The notes under the pieces were generated by a model. It saw only the letters and a list, made by a program, of their open reading frames with translations, ran no database searches and was not told the DNA's origin. This document shows positions 12,030-22,971 of a stretch of 64,000 nt of DNA, in pieces (the stretch's first letter is position 1; each line of letters begins with the position of its first letter). Made by a program: the position numbers and the translations under genes. The stretch is taken from assembly GCA_051313645.2 (NCBI GenBank), contig JBNRSN020000014.1, positions 120,776,001 to 120,840,000 on the forward strand, in the 5' to 3' direction. This DNA is from Centroscyllium fabricii (Eukaryota).

Positions 12030-14571
12030 GGTCGCCCCTCCCTCGCTCTTTGCCAACCTCACCCCAGACTGCAAGCCCGTCGCCACCAAGAGTAGGCGCT
12101 ACAGTGCTGGGGACATGGACTTTATCAAGTCCGAGGTGCAGCGCCTCCTGAAGGAGGGGGTTATCGAGGCCAGTAATAGACCCTGGAGGGCGCAGGTAGT
12201 GGTGGTGAAGACCGGAGCTAAGAACCGGATGGTAGTGGACTATAGTCAGACCATCAACCGGTTCACCCAGTTAGACGCATACCCCCTCCCCCGGATAGCG
12301 GACATGGTGAATCAGATCGCGCAGTTCCGGGAGTTCTCAACCATAGATCTGAAGTCCGCGTATCACCAGCTCCCCATTCGCCCAGAGGACCGTCTCTATA
12401 CTGCCTTCGAGGCTGACGGTCGCCTCTACCACTTCCTCAGGGTCCCGTTTGGCGTCACGAATGGGGTCTCGGTCTTCCAAAGGGAGATGGACCGAATGGT
12501 CGATCAGTACGGGCTGCGAGCCACTTTCCCGTATCTCGATAATGTGACCATCTGCGGCCACGATCAGCAGGACCATGACGCCAACCTCCAGAAATTTCTC
12601 CACACCGCCAAAACACTCAATCTGACGTATAACACTGAAAAATGTGTGTTCAGTACCACCCGCCTCGTCATCCTCGGCAGTGTTGTGGAGAATGGGGTCA
12701 TCGGTCCCGACCCGGACCGCATGCGCCCCCTCCTGGAGCTTCCCCTCCCCCACTCCCCCAAGGCCCTTAAACGGTGCTTGGGTTTCTTTGCCTATTATGC
12801 CCAGTGGGTCCCCAATTACGCGGACAAAGCTCGCCCACTACTCAAATCAACCTCATTTCCCCTGTCCGCAGATGCCCGCGCGGCGTTCTGCGGCATTAAG
12901 GACGACATTGCAAAGGCAACGATGCACACCGTGCACGAGTCCGTCCCATTCCAGGTAGAGAGCGATGCATCGGACTTTGCCCTGGCCGCCACCCTTAACC
13001 AGGCGGGCAGACCCGTGGCCTTCTTCTCACGTACCCTCCAGGGCCCCGAGACCCGTCACTCCTCAGTCGAGAAGGAGGCCCAGGCCATCGTTGAAGCAGT
13101 GCGTCACTGGAAGCACTACCTGGCCGGCAAGCGATTTACCCTGCTGACTGACCAACGCTCAGTCGCTTTTATGCTCAACAACAAAGAGCGGGGTAAAATC
13201 AAGAATGACAAGATATTAAGGTGGAGAATTGAGCTCTCCGTGTTCAATTACAATATCTTGTACCGGCCCGGGAAATTTAACGAACCCCCAGATGCCCTAT
13301 CCCGCGGTACCTGTGCCAGCGCACAGACAGACCGCCTCCAAACCCTGCACAACGACCTCTGCCACCCAGGGGTCACCAGGTTGGTTCACTTTGTGAAGTC
13401 CTGCAACCTCCCCTACTCCATCGAGGAGGTCAAGATCATGACCAGCAACTGCCAGGTCTGTGCGGAGTGCAAGCCACACTTCTATCGGCCAGACCGGGCG
13501 CATCTGATCAAGGCCACCCGCCCCTTTGAACGACTCAGCGTCGATTTCAAAGGGCCCCTTCCCTCCACCAACAGGAACGTGTACTTCCTCAACGTCATTG
13601 ACGAGTACTCCCGCTTCCCTTTTGCCATCCCCTGCCCGGACATGACCTCAGCCACTGTCATCAAAGCCCTCCACAGCATCTTCTCTCTGTTCGGCTACCC
13701 CAGCTACATCCATAGCGACCGGGGGGCCTCTTTTATGAGTGACGAACTGCGTCAGTTCCTGCTAGCCAAAGGCATCGCCACTAGCAGGACTACCAGCTAT
13801 AACCCCCGGGGGAACGGACAGGTAGAGAGGGAGAACGCCACTGTCTGGAAGGCCATCCTATTAGCCCTACGGTCTAAAGGCCTCCCAGTCTCCCGCTGGC
13901 AGGATGTCCTCCCTGAAGCGCTCCACTCCATCCGGTCCCTCCTGTGTACGGCCACTAATGCCACCCCTCACGAGCGACTTTTTGCCTTCCCCAGGAAGTC
14001 GGCTTCCGGGACGTCGCTACCATCGTGGCTGCTATCCCCGGGACCAGTCCCACTACGGAAGCACGTGAGGGGCCACAAGGCAGATCCCCTGGTCGAACGG
14101 GTCCACCTCCTGCACGCCAATCCCCAGTACGCCGACGGGAGGGAGGACACCGTGTCCATCAAGGACCTGGCGCCAGCGGGAGCCCCCAAAACCAGCCCCG
14201 CCCAGCAGCCCGCGCCCCCAAGACAGCCAGCCACTCCACCCGGGCCACCGGCGCCAAGGTACGCTCCCCGGCACGAGAACCCAGCACCCCGGTACGTCCA
14301 CCCGGCACCTGTGGGCAGCACGGCATGGCCTCCAGCATGGCTCCACAGTACACGCCCCCTAGAGTCAGACGACGAGGGAGAGAGCGCCCCACCTACTGTC
14401 ACCGCAAGGGCACCAACGAGAAATCAACCAACACTATCGACCATCGCTCGCCAACCGGCATCATCACCAACGGTGCAACCAACCCGACCGGCCACTCCAC
14501 GACCGCGGATACCACCAGCGGTGCGACGCTCAACCAGGATCACCAGGCCGCCTGAGCAACTTAATTTGTAA
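11959..14571 (+). CDS. Gypsy pol (RT, RNase H, integrase), frameshifted from gag-pro near 12000
   Basis: RMVVDY, DLKSAYHQ, VPFGV, YLDN, ESDASD, HHCC zinc motif, DFKGP/SDRG/E integrase core. Confidence 0.93.
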   Translation: MGPFPRSRSATGARRATCGLSTVKVAPPSLFANLTPDCKPVATKSRRYSAGDMDFIKSEVQRLLKEGVIEASNRPWRAQVVVVKTGAKNRMVVDYSQTINRFTQLDAYPLPRIADMVNQIAQFREFSTIDLKSAYHQLPIRPEDRLYTAFEADGRLYHFLRVPFGVTNGVSVFQREMDRMVDQYGLRATFPYLDNVTICGHDQQDHDANLQKFLHTAKTLNLTYNTEKCVFSTTRLVILGSVVENGVIGPDPDRMRPLLELPLPHSPKALKRCLGFFAYYAQWVPNYADKARPLLKSTSFPLSADARAAFCGIKDDIAKATMHTVHESVPFQVESDASDFALAATLNQAGRPVAFFSRTLQGPETRHSSVEKEAQAIVEAVRHWKHYLAGKRFTLLTDQRSVAFMLNNKERGKIKNDKILRWRIELSVFNYNILYRPGKFNEPPDALSRGTCASAQTDRLQTLHNDLCHPGVTRLVHFVKSCNLPYSIEEVKIMTSNCQVCAECKPHFYRPDRAHLIKATRPFERLSVDFKGPLPSTNRNVYFLNVIDEYSRFPFAIPCPDMTSATVIKALHSIFSLFGYPSYIHSDRGASFMSDELRQFLLAKGIATSRTTSYNPRGNGQVERENATVWKAILLALRSKGLPVSRWQDVLPEALHSIRSLLCTATNATPHERLFAFPRKSASGTSLPSWLLSPGPVPLRKHVRGHKADPLVERVHLLHANPQYADGREDTVSIKDLAPAGAPKTSPAQQPAPPRQPATPPGPPAPRYAPRHENPAPRYVHPAPVGSTAWPPAWLHSTRPLESDDEGESAPPTVTARAPTRNQPTLSTIARQPASSPTVQPTRPATPRPRIPPAVRRSTRITRPPEQLNL

Positions 14572-15934
14572 TTTTAAAAAGAACTGTCACGTTCACCCCG
14601 CCGGACTTTTGTTTTAAAGAAGGGGTGAATATGGTAAACCACTGTTTCCTGTATATATCCACCCTGTTATGTATATATCTGTATTACTGTAATTGTACTA
14701 TTCTCCATGTTGTACCATAGCCTATTGTGTGCGATTACCTGGACATGCCCATGCTGGCTCCACCCGTGACTCCTCCCTCCCAGGAGGATGTATATAAGCG
14801 GCCGTCTCCCATCCCCCGGCCATTCCTGGGGACGGTCGACTAGCTGGTACATGTTCACCATTTAGCGAATAAATGCCGTATTGTTTCACCCTTCTAACTA
14901 CTCGTCCACGAGGTCGTTATTTCGGTCACAGTGAGGTCATGGGATAAAAAAGCATTAAACTGGCTAGACTGAGGTTTACATGGCACTAGTTATAACATCC
15001 TTACTGTATGTGTGTGATAGCTGGACCACTTAACAGTCGTCACATCAGAAAACTCATTCATTTCCATCTAGGTTGCTTCAGAAAGATCATGAAAATTCAA
15101 TGGTGACGCAAGATTCCGGACACCGAGGTCCTCAGAACAGCAATTATGCCCAGCATTGGTCACTTAGTCCGAATGCCTAATACTATACCAGACTACCGAA
15201 GAAGATATTCTATGGTGAGCTTAAACTTGTTAAATGTTCTTGTGGTGGTCAGTTCAAAAGATATAAGGCTTGCCTAAAGACCAATCTTTAAAAAAAAAGT
15301 GCCATCTCAACATGGGAGCATGATGCTTGTGACAGGGAAAAAGTGGCAAAAGATGATTCACGATGGCAAGACAAAGCTTGAAACAAGTCGTATCCAGCTA
15401 GCCGAACAAAAAAGAGCTCAAAGGAAATCAAGGAAAGATCAACCATTAGGTCAGTTTGACATCTGATGTCCTGTGTGTGGGAAAACATTTCTCGCCAAAG
15501 TTGGACTTTACAGTCATGTGAGAGCCTACAACCTGTATTAAATTGGATGTCATCATTGCCAGCGATGGAAAAACTATCAAAACATCCTAAGGCACTTGGA
15601 GGAAGAACAAGCCACCAAGTCGAAGTTTGGGAGGAGGTTTAGGTGAGGAGGCTGAAAACATGGTTTAAGAGACAGATTTTGATGAGACTTTGGAAAGTGG
15701 GGAGAGATGCGGCAAGACTGAGGGAGTTCTAGGGTGCAGGGCTGAAGGAGGTTGTAGCAGTAGTGTGGTTCTGGGCCATGGAGGGATTTTAGTCAAGAAT
15801 GATGGTTGCTTGAGGTAGTTTAACCAAATCTGATGGTTAGGAAGATGCAGAGTTGCGTGCCATATATACATAAGCCTGCAGAATATACTAGGAGAATGTC
15901 AGGGGTAGGAATTCAAGAGGAACCTAGTGGGAAT

Positions 15935-18900
15935 TGTGGTGATAGTTACCCTCTGCCCAGTAGGGGGCAACAGAGGGTTTACAGAAAGTGTAACCAGATT
16001 AAACAGTTAGCCTTGAGCAATGGCTGAACACACATACAAGCTGTCTCTGTCTCTGATTTAAACACATCACATGGTGTCAGAATTGCGATCTGAACCCACA
16101 ATGGAACTAACTTCCGCAGTGAAACCAGTCAGCTCCCGGTGAGTGAAAGTTTATGACAGCTATTTAAGCCAGGACTGAGATAACCAGAAGAGACTGAGAG
16201 AGAGAAAGAAAAAGTGTACTTACCTCACGTTGCTTAGCTTACTATCATGGCCACTCAAAGTCCTGCATTATTTCAGATTTCTCCCCCCTCCGAGTATGAT
16301 TTTACACGGCCGGAAGAGTGGCCATTGTGGATCAGCAGATTTCAACGTTTCAGACAGGCTTTGGGCCTCGATAAACAGGTACAGGAAAAACAGGTCAATA
16401 CCCTATTATATTTCATGGGAGCGGAGGCTGAAGCGATCGTCCGGTGCAGGAATATTACGGCTGATCAACTGAAAAGCTATGACACAGTTAAAATAGGATT
16501 GTCTAATCATTTCATCCCGCAGAGGAATTTGATATTCTAACACGCAAGATTCCATAGGCGCATGTAGGAGAAAGGCGAATCGTGTGATAGCTTCATCAAA
16601 GCGTTATATGAACTCATCGAACACTGTAAATATGGAGATATGCGGGATGAACTAATTAGTGACAGATTGGTTGTTCAACTAAGGGATTTTAAACTCTCTG
16701 GAAAGTTACAGATGGATCCAGACCTCACAGTTGACAAAGCAAAAACACAGGTTTTCCAAAGTGAAACAATAAAGAAACAGCAATCAATGCTTCAGAAAGA
16801 TAGTAATGAGGAGGAGGAGTCCATTGAAACCATAAGTGCCCCCCCCCCCCCCCACCAAGCAGGTCCCCAAAAACATTTTTCTACCAAATCAAGACAAACT
16901 GACTCACGTGAATATGTACAGAGGCCTCGCACTGGAACTCAAACTGGAACACATTTCCAAGCACAAAAGCGGAGTTGCAGATGGCGTGGCCGGAGTACAC
17001 ACAATAGACAAATCTGTCCAGCCAAAGATGTTAGCTGCAGGAATTGCCAGAAAAAGGGACATTTTGCTGCAGTTTGCCGATCCACACCTGCGGTTGCTGA
17101 AATATCAGAGGACGATGACAATGAGATAGCGTTCTTGGGGTCAATTGGAAATGGGCAGGACCAGCCGTCGACCATCACCCTAAGCCTGTGTGGCCACATG
17201 ACTGAATTCAAAATTGATACAGGGGCTGATGTCACTGTCATCCCGGAGTGCCTCTACAATGACCTAGGCCTAGAGGCTCTTCAGAGCACCTCTAAGATTC
17301 TTCAGGGGCCTGGTCAAGTCCCGTTAAATGTCAGAGGAAAAGTTTCAGCTACCCTGACCCGTGGTCCACGGTCTACAAAGCAGGTTGTGTATGTAGTACG
17401 CGGTCTACGGACAGCGCTCCTCGGTCGCCTTGCCATCATTTCCCTGCGTCTGGTGTCCAGGTTGGACCCACAAGTAGCAGAGACAGTATCTATGGATCTC
17501 GAACGGGAGGTCGGACAGCGGTTCCCCAGACTGTTTCAAGGGATTGGGCAATTGCAAGAGGAGTATCACATTCGCCTCAAGCCGGAGGCCAAACCTTTTG
17601 CTCTCTCTACACCCCGACGTGTCTCGCTCCCCCTTATGACCATAGTTAAGGAGGAACTAACCCACATGGAGCAACTGGGGATAATTGCAAGAGTTGAGGA
17701 ACCCACAGCCTGGTGCTCCGGAATGGTTGTAGTTCCAAAACCCAGCGGAAAAATCAGAATCTGTGTAGACCTAACAAAACTCAATGAAAGTGTCTGTAGA
17801 GAGCTGCATCTCTTACCCTGTGTAGAGCACACTCTGGGGCAGCTGAAAGATGCAAAGGTTTGTACAAAGCTTGACGCTCAATCTGGTTTCTGGCAAATAC
17901 CCTTGACAGAGGAGTCAAAACATCTTACCAGGTTCATCACGCCATTCGGACGTTACTGTTTCCACAGACTGCCCTTTGGAATATCCTCTGCCCCTGAGCA
18001 TTTCCTACGCCGCATGTCCCGCCTCCTTGAGGGACTTGATGGTGTCTTATGCCAAATGGATGATGTGTTGGTGTTTGGCGCAACCCAAGAACAGCACGAT
18101 CAGCGACTGTTTGCAATTCTTGGTAGACTACAGCAAGCTGGACTTACTCTTAACTCCAAATGTGAATTCGCCAAAACACAGGTGAAATTTCTCGGCCAGG
18201 TCATCGACGGGACCAGTGTCAGAGCAGATCCTGACAAAGTCAAGGCCCTCACACACATGGCCGCGCCAAGGAATGTATCTGAAATACACTGCTTCATGGG
18301 CCTGGTCAATCACTTGGGCAAATACATACCCCATCTAGCCGAGAAAACCAAGCCACTCTGGGATATCCTCAACAGGCAGACCTCATGGTATTGGGGACCC
18401 CAGCAGTCCCAAGCTTTCACTCAGATAAAGACGGAGCTAACCACCCTGCCAGGCCTTGCACTGTATGACCCCAATACACTCACTAAAGTGTCAGCTGATG
18501 CTTCATCGTTTGGCTTGGGTGCAGTTCGCAGGAACCGCAGGCACTTCGCACTTACACAGCAGCCCCCTGACGCTGATGAGCCTTCCATTCCCGATGACTA
18601 CAATGGGGATGCGGGTCCTGGAACTCCCTCACCAACAGAGGATACCCCACGTCCATCGGGTTCCAGACGATACCCTGAAAGGGTCCACAAGCTTTCTTCA
18701 TACCTCCAAGACTTTGCAACATGAATAGCCTAAGAACCAAGACACCTCATTGGGTCAGAATAATACCCGAGGTACTTGGTGGAGGGTTCAGGCAGTCGCC
18801 TTGTCCCTCCAAGCTTACTCTGCTTGCATTATTCGTGTTTTTTTAAAAAAAAGGAAAAAGAGATGCATTAGAGTTGTTATGTTTGTTATTTCTTAAGCAC

Positions 18901-19109
18901 AGTAAAAGAGTAATGATTTGAAAATGTTAACAGTAAAGAAATAGTTTTCAAAGTATGTTTATAAAGGGAGATGTGGTGATAGTTACCCTCTGGCCAGTGG
19001 GGGCAACAGAGGGTTAACAGAAAGTGAAACCAGATTAAACGGTTAGCCTCGAGCAATGGCTGAACACACATACAAGCTGTCTCTGTCTCTGTGATTGAAA
19101 CATATTACA
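15935..19109 (+). mobile_element. Gypsy (Mag-like) LTR element, deleted for most of RNase H and integrase
   Basis: 137/138-bp LTRs 15935-16071 and 18972-19109, TSD ggaat, tRNA-Leu-type PBS tggtgtcagaa; gag with stops, KIDTGA protease, QMDD RT; ORF jumps DASSFGLGAV|RRNRRH. Confidence 0.92.
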
Positions 19110-19360
19110 GGAATGAGAGCGTTGAAGACACAAAGAAAGCTGCTGTTGAGCAGAAGATGGAGGCAGTGGTGTCATAGAGGGCAGGCACCAGAGGAGTTAC
19201 CGTGAAATAGTTCTTAATAGCTAAACATATTCAGAAATGAATAACACAGGTTTTGCTTCCAGTTTTTAAATTTTATTCTAAGAACAGAAATGTTGATAAT
19301 GAAATCCACCAACATGGATTCTCGACAAAGTAAATTTCAGATATGTAAGTAAATATTTGT

Positions 19361-20045
19361 GGGGGCTAAATTGGTCAGCTCACGTTTTGTGGCGCTGACC
19401 TGGGCGATGCATTATTTTTAGTGCCAGCTCATCGCTGGTGCTAATAGGGCCAAAATTGGCCTGCATCGCCCATTATGGGCGTGGGTGCAGCGCTGCGCCA
19501 ACGAGTGCGTAGCGGCGGCCCGTGGTACGGCAGGCCTTCCTCCCTGATTAAAGGGGAGGGGCCTAGCGCGGCTGCGGTCGGAGCCCCGCGGGGCCGCCGT
19601 GGGACCAGGAGCGGGTGAAGGAGCCCGGCACTGGAGGGAAGTGCCGGGCTCACTTGCCGGAGGCCTGACCCTGCCGGGGGAGCAGCAGGGGAGGCCGAGG
19701 GGGAAGGTGCTGGCGGTCGGCCAGCAATAAAAATGGCCGACTGCCGCACTCCCCTTTAAGCAGCGCTCCAGCGCTGCTGTTAGGGCTGCAGAAAGCTGGC
19801 GCGGGCAGCGCTCAGCGATAAATCGGCGGGCGCTGCCCAATTTCAGCTGCAGGCGCCTCCCAGGCGCTGCGTGGTCTGATGATGTCATTCACGACGTCCA
19901 GCTAGGCGCTAAATTCGTTGGGGCGCTACCAGTTAGCCCCCAACTTAGCGCTCAGCTGAATTTAGCACTGGGCGCGATCCCTAGCGCTAATTATGTAGCG
20001 CCCGATTAGCGCCCGGGCCGGCACTAGAGCTCCAATTTCGTGCCC
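19361..20045. mobile_element. GC-rich MITE, PIF/Harbinger-like
   Basis: Imperfect TIR gggggctaaattgg / ccaatttcgtgccc, 3-bp TSD tgt; related copy at 45347. Confidence 0.7.
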
Positions 20046-20340
20046 TGTATATCCCTGGTAGCTGCCGCTTTGACGGTTGCATGTTTTATGCTGTTTAGTT
20101 AATTTCTCCTGTATTTTAGGTTGCTTAGACCATTCCCTGGCTGAGAGAGAAGATAGACAACTGCCTCCCGGACACTTGTCTTTGCTGCTGTTGAACTGGA
20201 TCCAGGGAGAAGCACGAGTGGCCCAGGTTGCATTTCCCTCACCACCAATCCACGACAGTCTTCTTGAATCAGGAACTTAGCAGATGAAAAATCATGGGTC
20301 ATATTCGATATGTGGTCGGAAGCTCATCTCAGGGTCAAAT

Positions 20341-20740
20341 AGGACACGGTGGCATAGTGGTTAGCACTGTTGCCTTGCAGCACTGGAGACCCAGGTTCAA
20401 ATCCAGCCTCGGGTACTATCTGTGTGGAGTTTGCACATTCTCCCCGTGTCTGCGTGGGTTTCCTCCGGGTGCTCCGGTTTCCTCCCACAGTTCAAAGATG
20501 TGCGGGTTAGGTTGATTGGCCATGATAAATTGACCCTTAGTGTTAGGGGGATTGAATATGTGGGGTTACGGGGATAGGGTGGGATATGTGTCGGTTCAGG
20601 CTCGAGAGGGATGTGGGGAGAGGGCAGGGGCGGGGTACTGGGTTTGGATGATCAGCCATGATCTCATTGTATGGCGGAGCAGGCTCGAAGGGCCGAATGG
20701 CCTACTCCTGCTCCTATCTTCTATGTTTCTATGTTTCTAT
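20341..20740 (+). mobile_element. HE1-like V-SINE inserted in an old L2-like fragment
   Basis: Reverse complement of the 571-963 family. Confidence 0.9.
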
Positions 20741-21536
20741 GACACCAAGGTTGCGAACAGTCCGGTTCAGCCTCAGACAGTTACCAGGAAGCGGGAAGTT
20801 AACTCCCAAATTTTAATGGAAACTGGTAGATAAATGAGAGTCCCCCAAAATTGGCAGCCCCAAATCCTGCTGGTTTCCCAACCCAAAAGCCACGAAAATT
20901 CTGGTGGACAAGCGAGAGTGCAGATAATGCGATGAGGTGTAATCGAAGCTGCACTGTAATGAAAGCAATAGATAAAATGGCTACTATTAAGATGCTTACT
21001 TGAAATACAGAATGTAACGGGAAGGTGGGAGAGAGCAAAAATTGAAAGTTAGGCAAAAATTAGAATACATATATTTCTCTGAGTTATTAATTTATAGTGT
21101 AATGCACATTTATATTGTGAAATAATAAATTGTCCTGCAAGTGTGAGGAAGCTGAATTACAGACACTAACTGAGGTTGCTTCAGTTAGCTGATCATTTCT
21201 TAATTCCTTTCCCGCCAAAATCTGGGCTCAAGATATTTTCTAGAGCTGTTCCAAGACTATTCATCAGTTCAATAAGCAGGAGAGCAGAATGGCAGGATCG
21301 AACACCATTACAACTGCTGCTAATTAATTTACTGTATAAATTATGTAAGTTGCTATAAGTGCTATTAAATCTGAGTCACACTAAGAAATGCAAGTCATGT
21401 GAAGCAGAAAGACCATAGACTCTGGCGAGTGAGCTGTCAATCAGAACCGTGCAAAGTGACATAAAATAGAGTAACTCCATTGGCAAAGGTGAGGCTTTTG
21501 AAAAAGTCTGGGCTTAAAAGACTCAGCACCTCCCTC

Positions 21537-21779
21537 TTAAACCACTGATTTGGTTGAAATAACAAGCAAAAGAATAATAAGCGTGTTACACGTGATCTGT
21601 CTTATCCATGTGCCACGACTGGACAACACCTCCGCATTGCAGTCAGGATTTGGGCAGCACTTGATGCAATACTTCATGCCCATCACCTCTTTGCAGCTCT
21701 CCTCCGTGTTGGAATCCGTGCAACTTACCCTGCAGCCACGAGCTACAGTAGTTTCATTGCCTAAGATAGTCATCCATAT
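21537..21779 (-). CDS. Ly6/uPAR (LU-domain) GPI-anchored protein, last coding exon
   Basis: Acceptor gttgttttgcag; IWMT...RGC...KCCPNPDCN followed by a hydrophobic GPI-signal-like tail and TAA. Confidence 0.88.
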   Translation of the reverse strand: MWMTILGNETTVARGCRVSCTDSNTEESCKEVMGMKYCIKCCPNPDCNAEVLSSRGTWIRQITCNTLIILLLVISTKSVV

Positions 21780-22971
21780 CTGCAAAACAACATCGGGAGG
21801 TCAATGAGATTTACAGAGTGCATTAGAAATTGGAACGGTGCTTGAACCAATAAGGCAAAGAAAAGTTTTTTTTCTTCTTGCAACTTAGAATCATTTTAAT
21901 TGTCAATTAATGCTGGTTTGGAATTTTGCTAATTGTAGGCACATAGATAAGACTACTTGGCCATGCTGTCCTTCCTATGCATTTCTCAGCATCTCCACTC
22001 TTAAACATTACAGACTGATAATTAAGATCCTTGCAATTGTACAGTGCATGTCATTCACAATGTTTGCCCGACCCTGCTGAATAAATTGGTAGCCTCATAC
22101 CAACTACAACAAATGGTGTGGTTAGTACTTTATTATAGATAATAGGAAAGCAGATGATTAACTACAAAGCCACTCGAGGTGCTGGTGGGACTGAACATAC
22201 CCAGGGATGGTGATGGAGGAGTCTGGGACATTGACTGATAGTCATATTCACAGAATCATACCTATGTCAGGCAGTTCCTTGACTTGTCTGTGGCACAGCT
22301 ATCCCTAGATATTAATGAGGATGACATTGCAGGGTCGACTGGACTGGGTGTGCCTTTGGTGTGACTCAATTCAATACCTAGGTCGCAAGAAAATGTCTTA
22401 ATCTTTCTAGCGGTTTTATACAACTGAGTGGCTTCCTTGGCCACATCAGAGAACAGTTAAGGGTTAACCATTTTGATGTACATAACATAAGAAGTAGGAG
22501 CAGGAGTAGGCCATACGGCCCTTCGGGCCTGCTCCACCATTCAATAGGATCATGGCTGATCCGAACGTAGACTCACGTCCACTTCCCTGCCCTCTCCTGG
22601 TAACCCCTTATTCCCCTATCAGTTAGGAAACTGTCTATTGTGGCGACACGCCCACTGGGGCATCGAATCCGCCATGGGGACTTCACGGAGCAAAGCTTCG
22701 CTCATCCGGGTGACGCGACGACGTCACCACGTCGGCCGACGCGATGACGTCACCAACTGCGGGACCGTTTAAATATGCCTGTCTCGAGTGGTGGTTCTCT
22801 CTTTCTTGTTTTGTACTCGTTGATTAAAGCTGTGTTCTCTCTAGCTCTGGCTCACGTGTGGTTCCTACGCCTGCCGGCGCTACAGTGGTGACCCCGAACT
22901 GGAACGACTTCCAGAGAAGAAAAGCTACCGCAGGATCTGGGACCACCAGCCAAAGACTTTTATCAGAGAAC

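Larger units (their letters stand above)
10323..14930 (+). mobile_element. Near full-length Gypsy LTR retrotransposon lacking a tRNA PBS
   Basis: 301-bp LTRs 10323-10623 and 14630-14930 (about 9 differences by eye), 5-bp TSD gtgag, PPT aaagaagggg. Confidence 0.96.
8460..15575 (+). mobile_element. Decayed RTE-clade LINE, interrupted by an HE1 SINE and a Gypsy element
   Basis: Fragments GISLLVIAGKILARIILN, GVKQGCVLAPTLF, LFADD, FGLTISLKK; continues after 14935. Confidence 0.75.

Noticed and set aside
11990-12030. Programmed gag-pol frameshift
   Set aside because: No slippery heptamer seen in the overlap; a post-insertion indel is the simpler explanation.
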